This document shows positions 8,514-15,873 of a stretch of 64,000 nucleotides of DNA, piece by piece. The notes under the pieces are model-generated. The model was not told where the DNA came from, did no database searches, and saw nothing but the letters and a program-made list of their open reading frames with translations. The position numbers and the translations under genes were made by a program. This DNA comes from Verrucomicrobia bacterium UBA6176. Its GTDB lineage: Bacteria > Verrucomicrobiota > Verrucomicrobiia > Limisphaerales > UBA9464. Location of the stretch: positions 134,633-198,632 of the forward strand of contig DITU01000107.1 in assembly GCA_002422905.1 (NCBI GenBank), read 5' to 3'. Positions within the stretch are counted from its first letter, which is position 1, and each line of letters starts with the position of its first letter.

Positions 8514-9079
8514 GCAACCGGAGATTTCCATTCCACCAGGAAGAGGTCGTGATCCGCGCCCTCCGCCTTGCTCTCGAGCACCGTTGCCGTGGCCTCGGTC
8601 CCGAACCGTTTACCGAGGCCTTGTATCAGACCGACGACGAAATGGGTCAGGCCGGCGCGGTGCGTACGGTAGTGGAGGTGCAGGGAGTTGGGGCCGACAT
8701 CGGTGCAGGCGAATCGGGGTGGTTGGAGGTTGGGAAACACCATGACGACCCGGGTGTGGAAGTTGGGGAGGTTCAAGAGGAATTCGGGGAGGCTGGAACC
8801 GCCGGCGCTCATCAATCCTCCATAGCCTTCCTCCGCGGTCCGCAGCACCCAATGTTCGCCAAAGGCCCGCAGCAAGGCGTCCTGCGGCGCGCCCAGTACC
8901 GAACTCGCCGCCGCCACGAGTTGAAAGGTCATTTCGTCGGCATACGCCTCATTGCTGATGAACATTTCGACATCAACGCCGGCCTCCCGCTTGATGCGTT
9001 CCCACACTTCGACGCCGTGGTGGAGAACAACCATCTGTTCGATGCCGCGATTCACCATGCCGTACATGTCGGCGGACAC
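8510..9079 (-). CDS. hnoX: H-NOX (heme nitric oxide/oxygen binding, HNOB) sensor protein
   Basis: The N-terminal MYGMVNRGIEQMVV is the classic H-NOX start. A proximal-His context is present (LLNLPNFHTRV), as is a conserved Pro region (FPNLQPPRF). The heme-propionate motif is HYRTHR, a YxTxR variant of YxSxR. The protein is about 185 aa. The true start may be the second Met, at 9067. Confidence 0.85.
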   Translation of the reverse strand: MSADMYGMVNRGIEQMVVLHHGVEVWERIKREAGVDVEMFISNEAYADEMTFQLVAAASSVLGAPQDALLRAFGEHWVLRTAEEGYGGLMSAGGSSLPEFLLNLPNFHTRVVMVFPNLQPPRFACTDVGPNSLHLHYRTHRAGLTHFVVGLIQGLGKRFGTEATATVLESKAEGADHDLFLVEWKSPVA

Positions 9080-9114
9080 TAAACCCGGGCCATTGAACTC
9101 TTCCAGCCTCTTGA

Positions 9115-9579
9115 TTGCGGTTCATGGGTCATGGATTGCCCATTGCACGGAATCGGATGTCGACATTGGGCAACAACAGCATTGCTATCGAACCGGTGAC
9201 TCCGGGCGAATCCATGGCCTGCAGGCGTTCCGGGATCTTGCTGGGCATGGCCAATCTCCCGGCCTGTTTGCTCGTCTTCATCGGGGCATTTCTGAGGGAG
9301 TCCGACCTGTTCTGGAGAAACGAGGGGGGATGGTCGATCTGGATGCGGAACCTGGTTGAATTCGCCTTCTATCCGGTGTTTGTCGTCCTGCTGGGATCGG
9401 TGACCCTTTCCGCCGGTTGGATAGTCATTGGCAAGCCAGCCCAATCGCCGTTGGGACTCCTGATCTGGGGCCTCGTGGTGGTTCAGGTCGCCTCCCTGTT
9501 TGGAATCGCCGGGGTGGTGCTGTTGAACAACGTTCTCAATGTCCTCGCCGGTCGCCCCGTCCACGATCACGGGTTCTGA
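9115..9579 (+). CDS. Hypothetical small membrane protein (start uncertain; internal Met codons at 9214 and 9247)
   Basis: This is the only plus-strand ORF in the gap between the two minus-strand operons. It has three or four hydrophobic helices (LPACLLVFIGAFL, FAFYPVFVVLLGSVTLSAGWIVI, LGLLIWGLVVVQVASLFGIAGVVLL). I recognise no family. Confidence 0.35.
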   Translation: MRFMGHGLPIARNRMSTLGNNSIAIEPVTPGESMACRRSGILLGMANLPACLLVFIGAFLRESDLFWRNEGGWSIWMRNLVEFAFYPVFVVLLGSVTLSAGWIVIGKPAQSPLGLLIWGLVVVQVASLFGIAGVVLLNNVLNVLAGRPVHDHGF

Positions 9580-9611
9580 GTTGGAACCATGCGGTCGGAT
9601 CGGTCGGGCGT

Positions 9612-10709
9612 TCAGGGTCCCACATTGACTCCGACACCGATGCGGTCGACGCCGCCGCCGGCGCGGATGCCTTCGTTGGCGGCGACGGTCCGGACGAAGG
9701 TGTTGACGATGAACTGGCCGGCGTTGCGGAGGGTGCCGAGAGGCTTTTCCGGGACGTAGACGATGTCCCGGGGTTGGAGGGGGACATCGGGGATGCGGCC
9801 CCGGACGATGTCGTGGAAATTGACGACGGCGCAGTGGGGATTGGATAGGGAACCGCGGACGATGACCACCTCACGGAGCCGGGCCTCGGGGAGGGTGCCC
9901 CTGGCTGCGGCGATGGCGGAACTCACGGTGACCTGATCCTTGAAGGAGACGGCACGGGGATCGAACACGGCTCCCAGCACATAGACGCCGGTCGAGAGTG
10001 CCGACGGGAGAAAGACGAAGTCGTCCGGGCGCAGATAGATGTTCTGGGAGAGGTCGCCGCCGTGGATGAGTGCCTTGAAATTGACCGGCAGGAATTCTCC
10101 CTCGCGCACGATGAAACTGTGTTGGAGGTCCGCCAGTTCCTCGGTCGTGCCGGTGAACCGGGCGGTGTAGAGGCCGCCGGCCTGGGTGATGGCGTCGATA
10201 AGGGTGGTGGGCCGTTGGATTGGATAGATGCCGGGGCGTTGGAGGCGGCCCAGAACCCAGACGCGCTGACTGACCACCTGACGCACGGACAAGGTGACCC
10301 GGGGATGACGGACATAGCGTGTCAGTTCCTTTTCGAGAGCCCGGCACGCCTCGGATTGGGTCATGCCCCACACATTGAGACCCGGAACCAGATGGAAATA
10401 GATGCGACCGTCCGGCCCGACGACGGTGTCGGTCGGCGGATCCCCGAACCCGATGAGTTCGATCTCGATCCGGTCGCCGGGACCGAGCCGGTATTCATCC
10501 GCGGGAGGCTGGAGCCATTCGGGGCGGATGGCATTCGTCATCGAAAGCGACTGGACGATGGTGGGATCTTTGGGATCGCTGGGATTGAACGCGGGACCGC
10601 GGTGGGGTGTGGAGCAACCGGATGAAAGTACGGCAGCCACCAGACCGATCGTGAGGAGAGGAGCGACGGGTCCTGAGGCGGTTCGGGCGAAGGAGTGCGT
10701 GTTGATCAT
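9612..10709 (-). CDS. Outer-membrane polysaccharide export lipoprotein (Wza-like OPX: Poly_export plus SLBB repeats)
   Basis: It has a lipobox (AAVLSSGCS), a Poly_export core (YRLGPGDRIEIEL..VGPDGRIYFHLVPGLNVWGMTQSEACRALEKEL) and SLBB-like repeats (VWVLGRLQRPGIYPI, VYVLGAVFDPRAVSF). The start forms an ATGA overlap with the upstream gene. Confidence 0.85.
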   Translation of the reverse strand: MINTHSFARTASGPVAPLLTIGLVAAVLSSGCSTPHRGPAFNPSDPKDPTIVQSLSMTNAIRPEWLQPPADEYRLGPGDRIEIELIGFGDPPTDTVVGPDGRIYFHLVPGLNVWGMTQSEACRALEKELTRYVRHPRVTLSVRQVVSQRVWVLGRLQRPGIYPIQRPTTLIDAITQAGGLYTARFTGTTEELADLQHSFIVREGEFLPVNFKALIHGGDLSQNIYLRPDDFVFLPSALSTGVYVLGAVFDPRAVSFKDQVTVSSAIAAARGTLPEARLREVVIVRGSLSNPHCAVVNFHDIVRGRIPDVPLQPRDIVYVPEKPLGTLRNAGQFIVNTFVRTVAANEGIRAGGGVDRIGVGVNVGP

Positions 10710-13700
10710 GGGATCCGGGGCAGGATGGCGCGCGGAGTGGCGGGGCGGACATTGAGTCCCACCCAGGTGGCGGTCACCGCCTGGACATAGGAACTGACGG
10801 CCAGTTCGAGGAGGTCCTCGGCGCGTTGCCAGGGTTTCTCTGCGACATAGATGAGGTCCTTGGGCTCGAGATCGAAGTCCCTGGCCCGGCCCGAGAGGAT
10901 GGCATCGACATCCACCACGAAGGTCTGGGGAGCCTGCAGGGAACCGCGGACGACGAGGACGCGTTTCTTGTAGGCGGTCGGGGCGAAACCGCCGCGGACG
11001 GTGAGGACGCCGATGAGGGTCCGTTCACCGGCGAGGCCGAGTGGACCGGGGCTGCGGACCCAACCCAGCACATAGACTTCATTGACAGTGCTGGATGGGA
11101 AATAGAGGTAGTCGCCGGGTTCTATGAGGATGTTCTGGGAGAGGTCGCCCTTGCTGAAGAGTTGTTCGAAATTGACGGGCAACCGTTTTTGATCCCGGAC
11201 GATGAAGGCGCGGGTCATGTCCGCCATTTCGATGGTGTTCTGCTGGTATAGTCCGGTGTCGACGCCGCGGGCGCGCGCGACGGCTTCGATGAGGGTGAGG
11301 GGACGGTCGAGGGTATAGGCGCCGCGATCCACCACGGCGCCCATGAGATAGTATTGTTTGGATCTCCATTCGACCGGCGTGACGATGGAGCGGGCGTGAC
11401 GATGGTATTTGGAGAGGACCTCATCCAGTTTGTCCCGCATCTCATCGACGGTAAGGCCGGCGACGGGGAGGGACTGGGCTTCGAGATAACTGATGCGTCC
11501 GTCCGGGCCGACCGGGACGGCGCTGCGGAGGGAGTCCTTGTTGCCGTAGATCTGGAGGTTGAAGACATCGCCGGCGCCGACGGTGAGGCGTTCCTGCCAT
11601 GGGGCGATGGTGGGTTGGGGTGCAGAGGCGGCGAGGCGTCCGGGCGGGACGGGCGATGGTGAGTCTTCGGCCAACACCGATGATCCGAGGAGGCAGATCA
11701 GTCCGAGCGGGGTTCCGGTCAGGCGTTGGAGGGCGGGCAGTTGCCAGGCTGAGGATGGTTCCCGGTTGAGGATGGCGCCGACGGGACGTATGTCGGCGGC
11801 GTCGAGGGTCTGGGTCATCTGGGACAGTTCATTGGCCTGTGACTGTCCGCTGTTGGTGATCCAGACCAGGGTGGGCATGAGTTCGGCGGCGAACACGGGG
11901 TTCAGGGAGGAGAGCGGAGGCAGTTCCACGAGGAGGACGAAGGGGGGCAATGATTCCCAGTGGCTGACCGCCCTGAGCCAGAGCGAGCGGTTCTCCAGGG
12001 TCCAGTTCCACGAAGCGTCGAAGGAGAGTTCGATCCGATGCGGCCCCGCGTCCCGCATGAAGTCCGAGAGCAGGCCAGGATCCTGAAGGATGGCGGCGAG
12101 CGGCATCGAGCGGATCGTGGCATCCGCGCAGGGTGCATTGACCACCGTGACCGTCGACATTCCGCGCTCGAATGCGGCATCGCGAAGGATCCGGATGACG
12201 GTGGTGCGACCTTCCCCGGCGTCGGCGGAGGCGAATGCGATGGTGAGCCGGGACGGATCCACGGGTTGGATCGAGCGCATGAGCTTCGCCCAGGTGCGGA
12301 ATCGCCACTGGGCCACCCCCTCGGCATCCGCGGTGAGGTTCGTTGGGAGTCGTGCGAGGACGGGGATGCGCAGGATCCGGGCGAGGTCACCGGCCGTCAT
12401 CACGCGGGTGTCGGCGATCTCCCGGATGCAGATGCCGAGCAGGGCGAGGAGAGCCCCGAGGAATCCGGCGGCGACGGTGACGAGAATGATCTTGCGCCAG
12501 CGGCTGCCGGTTTCGATGGAGGCGGGGGTGGCGGGTGCGAAGAGGCGATAGAAGCCGGGCGGAGTGTCGACGAAATTCTGGGCTTCGCGTTGGCGTCCCC
12601 CGAGCATGTCGCGGGTGGCGGAAAGGGATTGCTGACGGGCGACCATCTGGGCGAAGCGCTGGGCTTTCTCGGGGAGTTCGCGGAGGCGTGCCTTGACCCG
12701 GTCACGGAAGAGGGTCATCTGGCTGATCTGTTGGCGGGTGCCTTCCTGATCGCCGCGCATCTGGAGGACCTGGAGGTAGAGTTCGTTGGCGATGGTGTTT
12801 TCGCTGTAGCGGAAGGCGGGGTTGTTGGTGGCGGCGCCTGGCTCCGGGACATTGGTCTCGGCTTCGAGGGAGGCCAGTTGGGCGGCGGCATCCTGGACCT
12901 GGGGATTCTGGTCGGTGAATCGGGCGCGGAGGAGGCTGAGTTCTTCGCGGGCCTGGGAGACGCGGAGGCTGGCGGGGTTCTGGCGGGTCAATTCGCGTTC
13001 GGCGGCAGCGATGCGGAAGCCGAGGGTATTCTGGTTTGCGAGGGCTTCTTCCAGGCGGATTTCGATGTCACCCAATTCCCGCAGGTAGGCGTTGATCTCG
13101 CGATCTTCGCCGAGGAAATCGGAGCTGTTGGCGAACTCGAGCAATTCGGCTTCCACCACGGCCAGTTCGGTATCGATCCGAGTGATCTGGTCCTTGAGGA
13201 ATCCGTTGAGTTCGGTCGCTTCCTCGGCCTGCATGCGTGCGGAGAATTCGGCGGCCTTCCGCGCGAAGAGATTGAGGAGATCGGCAATGGCGCGCGGGCT
13301 GGAATGTCCCTTGAGGGAGATATGGATCAGGTCGGTGTCCCGTTCGGGCCGGACCAGGAGGGCACCGCGAAGGAAGGAGGAACTGACGGGTGGCTGGGCA
13401 TTGGTGCCGACCTCGTGAAGGAATCTGCCGGACTGCATCACACTGACGATGGTGGCGACATTGATCTGGCGGGGCTTGAAGGCTTCACCGGCCTGGGAAG
13501 CCTTCATGGAGTCGGTGACGTCCCGCCGGATGAGTTGGACTGACCCGGAGTAGGATGTGCTGAAACGGTTGAGACCGGCGAAGAAGGCGGGGGTCGCGAG
13601 CACCAAGGCGCCGAGCGGGATCCAGTACCAGCGGGCCAACAGCGCCGTGATCAGGCGGAACGGGTCGAACGGCAATGCGAACCCACCCGCCTTGCCCGGC

Positions 13701-13861
13701 ACACCCGGGCGGTCCGGATCGGCATCGGTTGGAGCTTCACCGGGGTGGGAATCGCGGGCGGAATAAGTGCCGGGGGCGGGCGTGGCCGGGGTGACCGGGT
13801 TGGTCTGTTCCCGTTTCTGGCGGAGATCGCGGACGCGAAAGGGTTCGGGGGTGTCACTCAT
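10706..13861 (-). CDS. Fusion of a Wzz/GumC-type polysaccharide co-polymerase, a degenerate BY-kinase-like P-loop domain and a C-terminal Wza-like OPX module
   Basis: The track ORF 10706..14047 was trimmed to the ATG at 13861 (MSDTPEPFRV), an 8-nt overlap with the upstream stop. TM1 is WYWIPLGALVLATPAFFAGL, followed by a long coiled-coil periplasmic region and TM2 (IILVTVAAGFLGALLALLGICI). A P-loop-like region follows, with GEGRTT in place of GxGKT. A third hydrophobic segment (GTPLGLICLLGSSVLA) precedes Poly_export/SLBB sequence (LTVGAGDVFNLQIY..VGPDGRISYLEAQSLPVAGLTVDEMRDKL..YYLMGAVVDRGAYTL). There is no in-frame stop between the modules. Confidence 0.85.
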   Translation of the reverse strand: MSDTPEPFRVRDLRQKREQTNPVTPATPAPGTYSARDSHPGEAPTDADPDRPGVPGKAGGFALPFDPFRLITALLARWYWIPLGALVLATPAFFAGLNRFSTSYSGSVQLIRRDVTDSMKASQAGEAFKPRQINVATIVSVMQSGRFLHEVGTNAQPPVSSSFLRGALLVRPERDTDLIHISLKGHSSPRAIADLLNLFARKAAEFSARMQAEEATELNGFLKDQITRIDTELAVVEAELLEFANSSDFLGEDREINAYLRELGDIEIRLEEALANQNTLGFRIAAAERELTRQNPASLRVSQAREELSLLRARFTDQNPQVQDAAAQLASLEAETNVPEPGAATNNPAFRYSENTIANELYLQVLQMRGDQEGTRQQISQMTLFRDRVKARLRELPEKAQRFAQMVARQQSLSATRDMLGGRQREAQNFVDTPPGFYRLFAPATPASIETGSRWRKIILVTVAAGFLGALLALLGICIREIADTRVMTAGDLARILRIPVLARLPTNLTADAEGVAQWRFRTWAKLMRSIQPVDPSRLTIAFASADAGEGRTTVIRILRDAAFERGMSTVTVVNAPCADATIRSMPLAAILQDPGLLSDFMRDAGPHRIELSFDASWNWTLENRSLWLRAVSHWESLPPFVLLVELPPLSSLNPVFAAELMPTLVWITNSGQSQANELSQMTQTLDAADIRPVGAILNREPSSAWQLPALQRLTGTPLGLICLLGSSVLAEDSPSPVPPGRLAASAPQPTIAPWQERLTVGAGDVFNLQIYGNKDSLRSAVPVGPDGRISYLEAQSLPVAGLTVDEMRDKLDEVLSKYHRHARSIVTPVEWRSKQYYLMGAVVDRGAYTLDRPLTLIEAVARARGVDTGLYQQNTIEMADMTRAFIVRDQKRLPVNFEQLFSKGDLSQNILIEPGDYLYFPSSTVNEVYVLGWVRSPGPLGLAGERTLIGVLTVRGGFAPTAYKKRVLVVRGSLQAPQTFVVDVDAILSGRARDFDLEPKDLIYVAEKPWQRAEDLLELAVSSYVQAVTATWVGLNVRPATPRAILPRIP

Positions 13862-14741
13862 GGCGTGGCGACTGGTGACGGCGCAGGTCGGCGGCGACCG
13901 TTTGGACATGGGTGGAGGCAACTTCGCGGGCGCCCTGGAGCCAGGCTTGTTCGAGGGCGAGTTTGGCGAGGCGATTGATGCGGCGTGGAATGCCCTGGGC
14001 CTCGGCGAACACGACTGAGGCGGCTTCCGATGCAAACACGCGGCCATCGGTGTGGCCGGCGGCGATCAGTCGGTGACGGAGGTAGGAACCCACCTCGTCT
14101 GCCGGGAGGGATTGAAGATGATACCGGAGACTGATGCGTTGCTCGATGGCCGGGCTGGCATCGACAAGCCGGCGGAGTTCGGGTTGCCCGACGAGTACGA
14201 GGGTGAGGAGATGGGTTCCCCCGCCATTCCAGTTGGTGAGCGAACGCAGTTCGTGGAGTGTTGCCGCAGTCATGTCCTGAGCTTCATCCAGGATGAGTAC
14301 CAGATGTCGGCCGCCGCGGGCGATCCGGCGGATCATGGCTTCCAGCATTTCGCATCGGGCGAGGGTCCCGGCCGGGGGCACCGGTGCGCCGGGATCCAGG
14401 CGGTGGATCAACGACGCGATCAATTCGGGGAAAGGGAATCCCGAGTTTTCCAGGGTCAACACCTGGAAGCGCGCGGGATGGATGGTGGCGGTGAACATGG
14501 CGCGGGTGAGGGTCTTGCCGCAGCCGATCTCGCCGGTGAGCAACCCGATGTTCATGCTGGTCTCGGTGACCAGGTAGAGCAGGCGATCCAGGGCTTCCCG
14601 ATGGTCGGGGCTGGCGTGGAAGAAGCGGGTATCCCAGGTGGCCTCGAACGGGCGTTCCCGGAGACCCCAGTGGGCCAGGAGTCCGGGGGCGGAAACCGGA
14701 TCCGGGAGGCCTGGGGAGGGCAATTCAACGGGCGCGGGCAT
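13854..14741 (-). CDS. ExeA-like AAA ATPase (the type associated with PEP-CTERM/EPS loci)
   Basis: It has a Walker A motif (LTGEIGCGKT) and a Walker B motif (HLVLILDEAQ), then LVLVGQPEL and C-terminal GIPRRINRLA, typical of the ExeA/GspA-like AAA_22 family. I chose the ATG at 14741 (MPAPVEL..); the track start is 14849. Confidence 0.8.
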   Translation of the reverse strand: MPAPVELPSPGLPDPVSAPGLLAHWGLRERPFEATWDTRFFHASPDHREALDRLLYLVTETSMNIGLLTGEIGCGKTLTRAMFTATIHPARFQVLTLENSGFPFPELIASLIHRLDPGAPVPPAGTLARCEMLEAMIRRIARGGRHLVLILDEAQDMTAATLHELRSLTNWNGGGTHLLTLVLVGQPELRRLVDASPAIEQRISLRYHLQSLPADEVGSYLRHRLIAAGHTDGRVFASEAASVVFAEAQGIPRRINRLAKLALEQAWLQGAREVASTHVQTVAADLRRHQSPRHE

Positions 14742-15873
14742 CAACAATCCTCCGGTAGATGGCCAACGTCTGCTCTGCATTGCTTCCCCAGTCGAATCGG
14801 CGGGCGTGCGCCAGTCCCCGTTCGGAGAGCAGGGAACGACGTTGCGCATCGGTCGTCAACCCGGTCATCACCGTGGCCATTCCGGCGACATCTTCAGGTT
14901 CGATCACGGCGGCGGCATCACCGATGACTTCCCGCAAGGATCCGCGGGTGGAACTGATGACGGGAACGCCGCAGGCCATGGCTTCGACCGGAGGGAAACC
15001 GAAGCCCTCGAACAGGGACGGGTAGATGAAGAGGCTGGAGGCGCGGTAGAGGTTGGGCAGGGCGGCGTCCTCGACGAATCCGAGAAAGCGGATATCCGCC
15101 GCGAAGGGCGAGGCGGCGGCGGTTTCATGGACGGTGGCGGCGCCATGCCAGTCACTGCCGCCGAGGGCCAGGACCCAGTCCGAGCCGGTGGCGGACTTGA
15201 ACTGGTTGAAGGCGTGGATCAGCCGCACATGGTTCTTGGCGGGGTGCTCGATGCGGGAAACGTAGAGGAAGAAGGGCTGGTTGAGACCCCATCTGGCAGC
15301 GGCTTCACGCCGGGCATGGTCGACGTTTCCCGGCTTGAACCGTTCATGATCCAGACCGTTCCAGACCACATCCACGCGTTGGCGTGGAATGCCGAAGAAA
15401 TGTTCGATGTCGCGCGCGGTGTTGTCGCTGACGGCGATGAGTGCGTCCTGACGCCGGGCGAGGTGTTTGACGAAGACCCGGCCGTACAACATCCGCTTCC
15501 AGTCATATTTGCCGCGGACATGGAAGGGCGCGAGGTCGTGGATGGTGCCGACGACGGCGCAGGGTTTCCGCCAGAGCAGGCGCCGATAGCTGGGGGAATG
15601 GAGGACGTCGAGTTGCAGTCGGCGGGCGAGGCCGGGCAGATGGCTGTGGTGCCAGGCGACATTGCGGGCGGCGGGACGGAATTGTTCGGATACCGGAACG
15701 ATGCGCATGCTGTCGGCGGCGAAGCCGAGCAGGGGAATATCCTCTTCGAGTGTGAACAGGTGGAACTCGTGTTGTGCCGTGGAGGGGAGGAAGGCGCGCA
15801 ACAGGGCAAACACGTACTGGGCGACTCCGGTCTTGCCGCGTTGAATCACCGAGGTGGAGATCCCGATCTTCAT
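14725..15873 (-). CDS. Glycosyltransferase family 4
   Basis: The real gene is the 3' part of track ORF 14725..16734 and starts at the ATG at 15873 (MKIGISTSVIQRGKTGVAQYV..). The C-terminus SLFEGFGFPPVEAMACGVPVISS is an EX7E motif. The start forms an ATGA overlap with the upstream stop. Confidence 0.9.
   Translation of the reverse strand: MKIGISTSVIQRGKTGVAQYVFALLRAFLPSTAQHEFHLFTLEEDIPLLGFAADSMRIVPVSEQFRPAARNVAWHHSHLPGLARRLQLDVLHSPSYRRLLWRKPCAVVGTIHDLAPFHVRGKYDWKRMLYGRVFVKHLARRQDALIAVSDNTARDIEHFFGIPRQRVDVVWNGLDHERFKPGNVDHARREAAARWGLNQPFFLYVSRIEHPAKNHVRLIHAFNQFKSATGSDWVLALGGSDWHGAATVHETAAASPFAADIRFLGFVEDAALPNLYRASSLFIYPSLFEGFGFPPVEAMACGVPVISSTRGSLREVIGDAAAVIEPEDVAGMATVMTGLTTDAQRRSLLSERGLAHARRFDWGSNAEQTLAIYRRIVDARAR

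Noticed and set aside
11600-11800. Splitting the 10706..13861 ORF into a separate PCP gene and OPX gene at the internal signal-peptide-like segment.
   Set aside because: There is no in-frame stop. I found no ATG, GTG or TTG in the approximately 20 codons I read upstream of the hydrophobic segment (only CTG codons there). The nearest in-frame Met upstream would give an n-region of about 38 aa. I therefore kept it as a fusion, but flagged it for sequence verification.
13862-14047. N-terminal extensions offered by the ORF track for several genes: 10706..14047, 2180..3181, 14725..16734, 56648..57922, 22466..23521, 42594..44084 and 41455..42021.
   Set aside because: The extensions are Pro/Arg-rich and overlap the upstream gene extensively. 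Internal ATG or GTG codons give canonical 4-nt or 8-nt overlaps or proper signal peptides, and the family-typical N-termini begin there.
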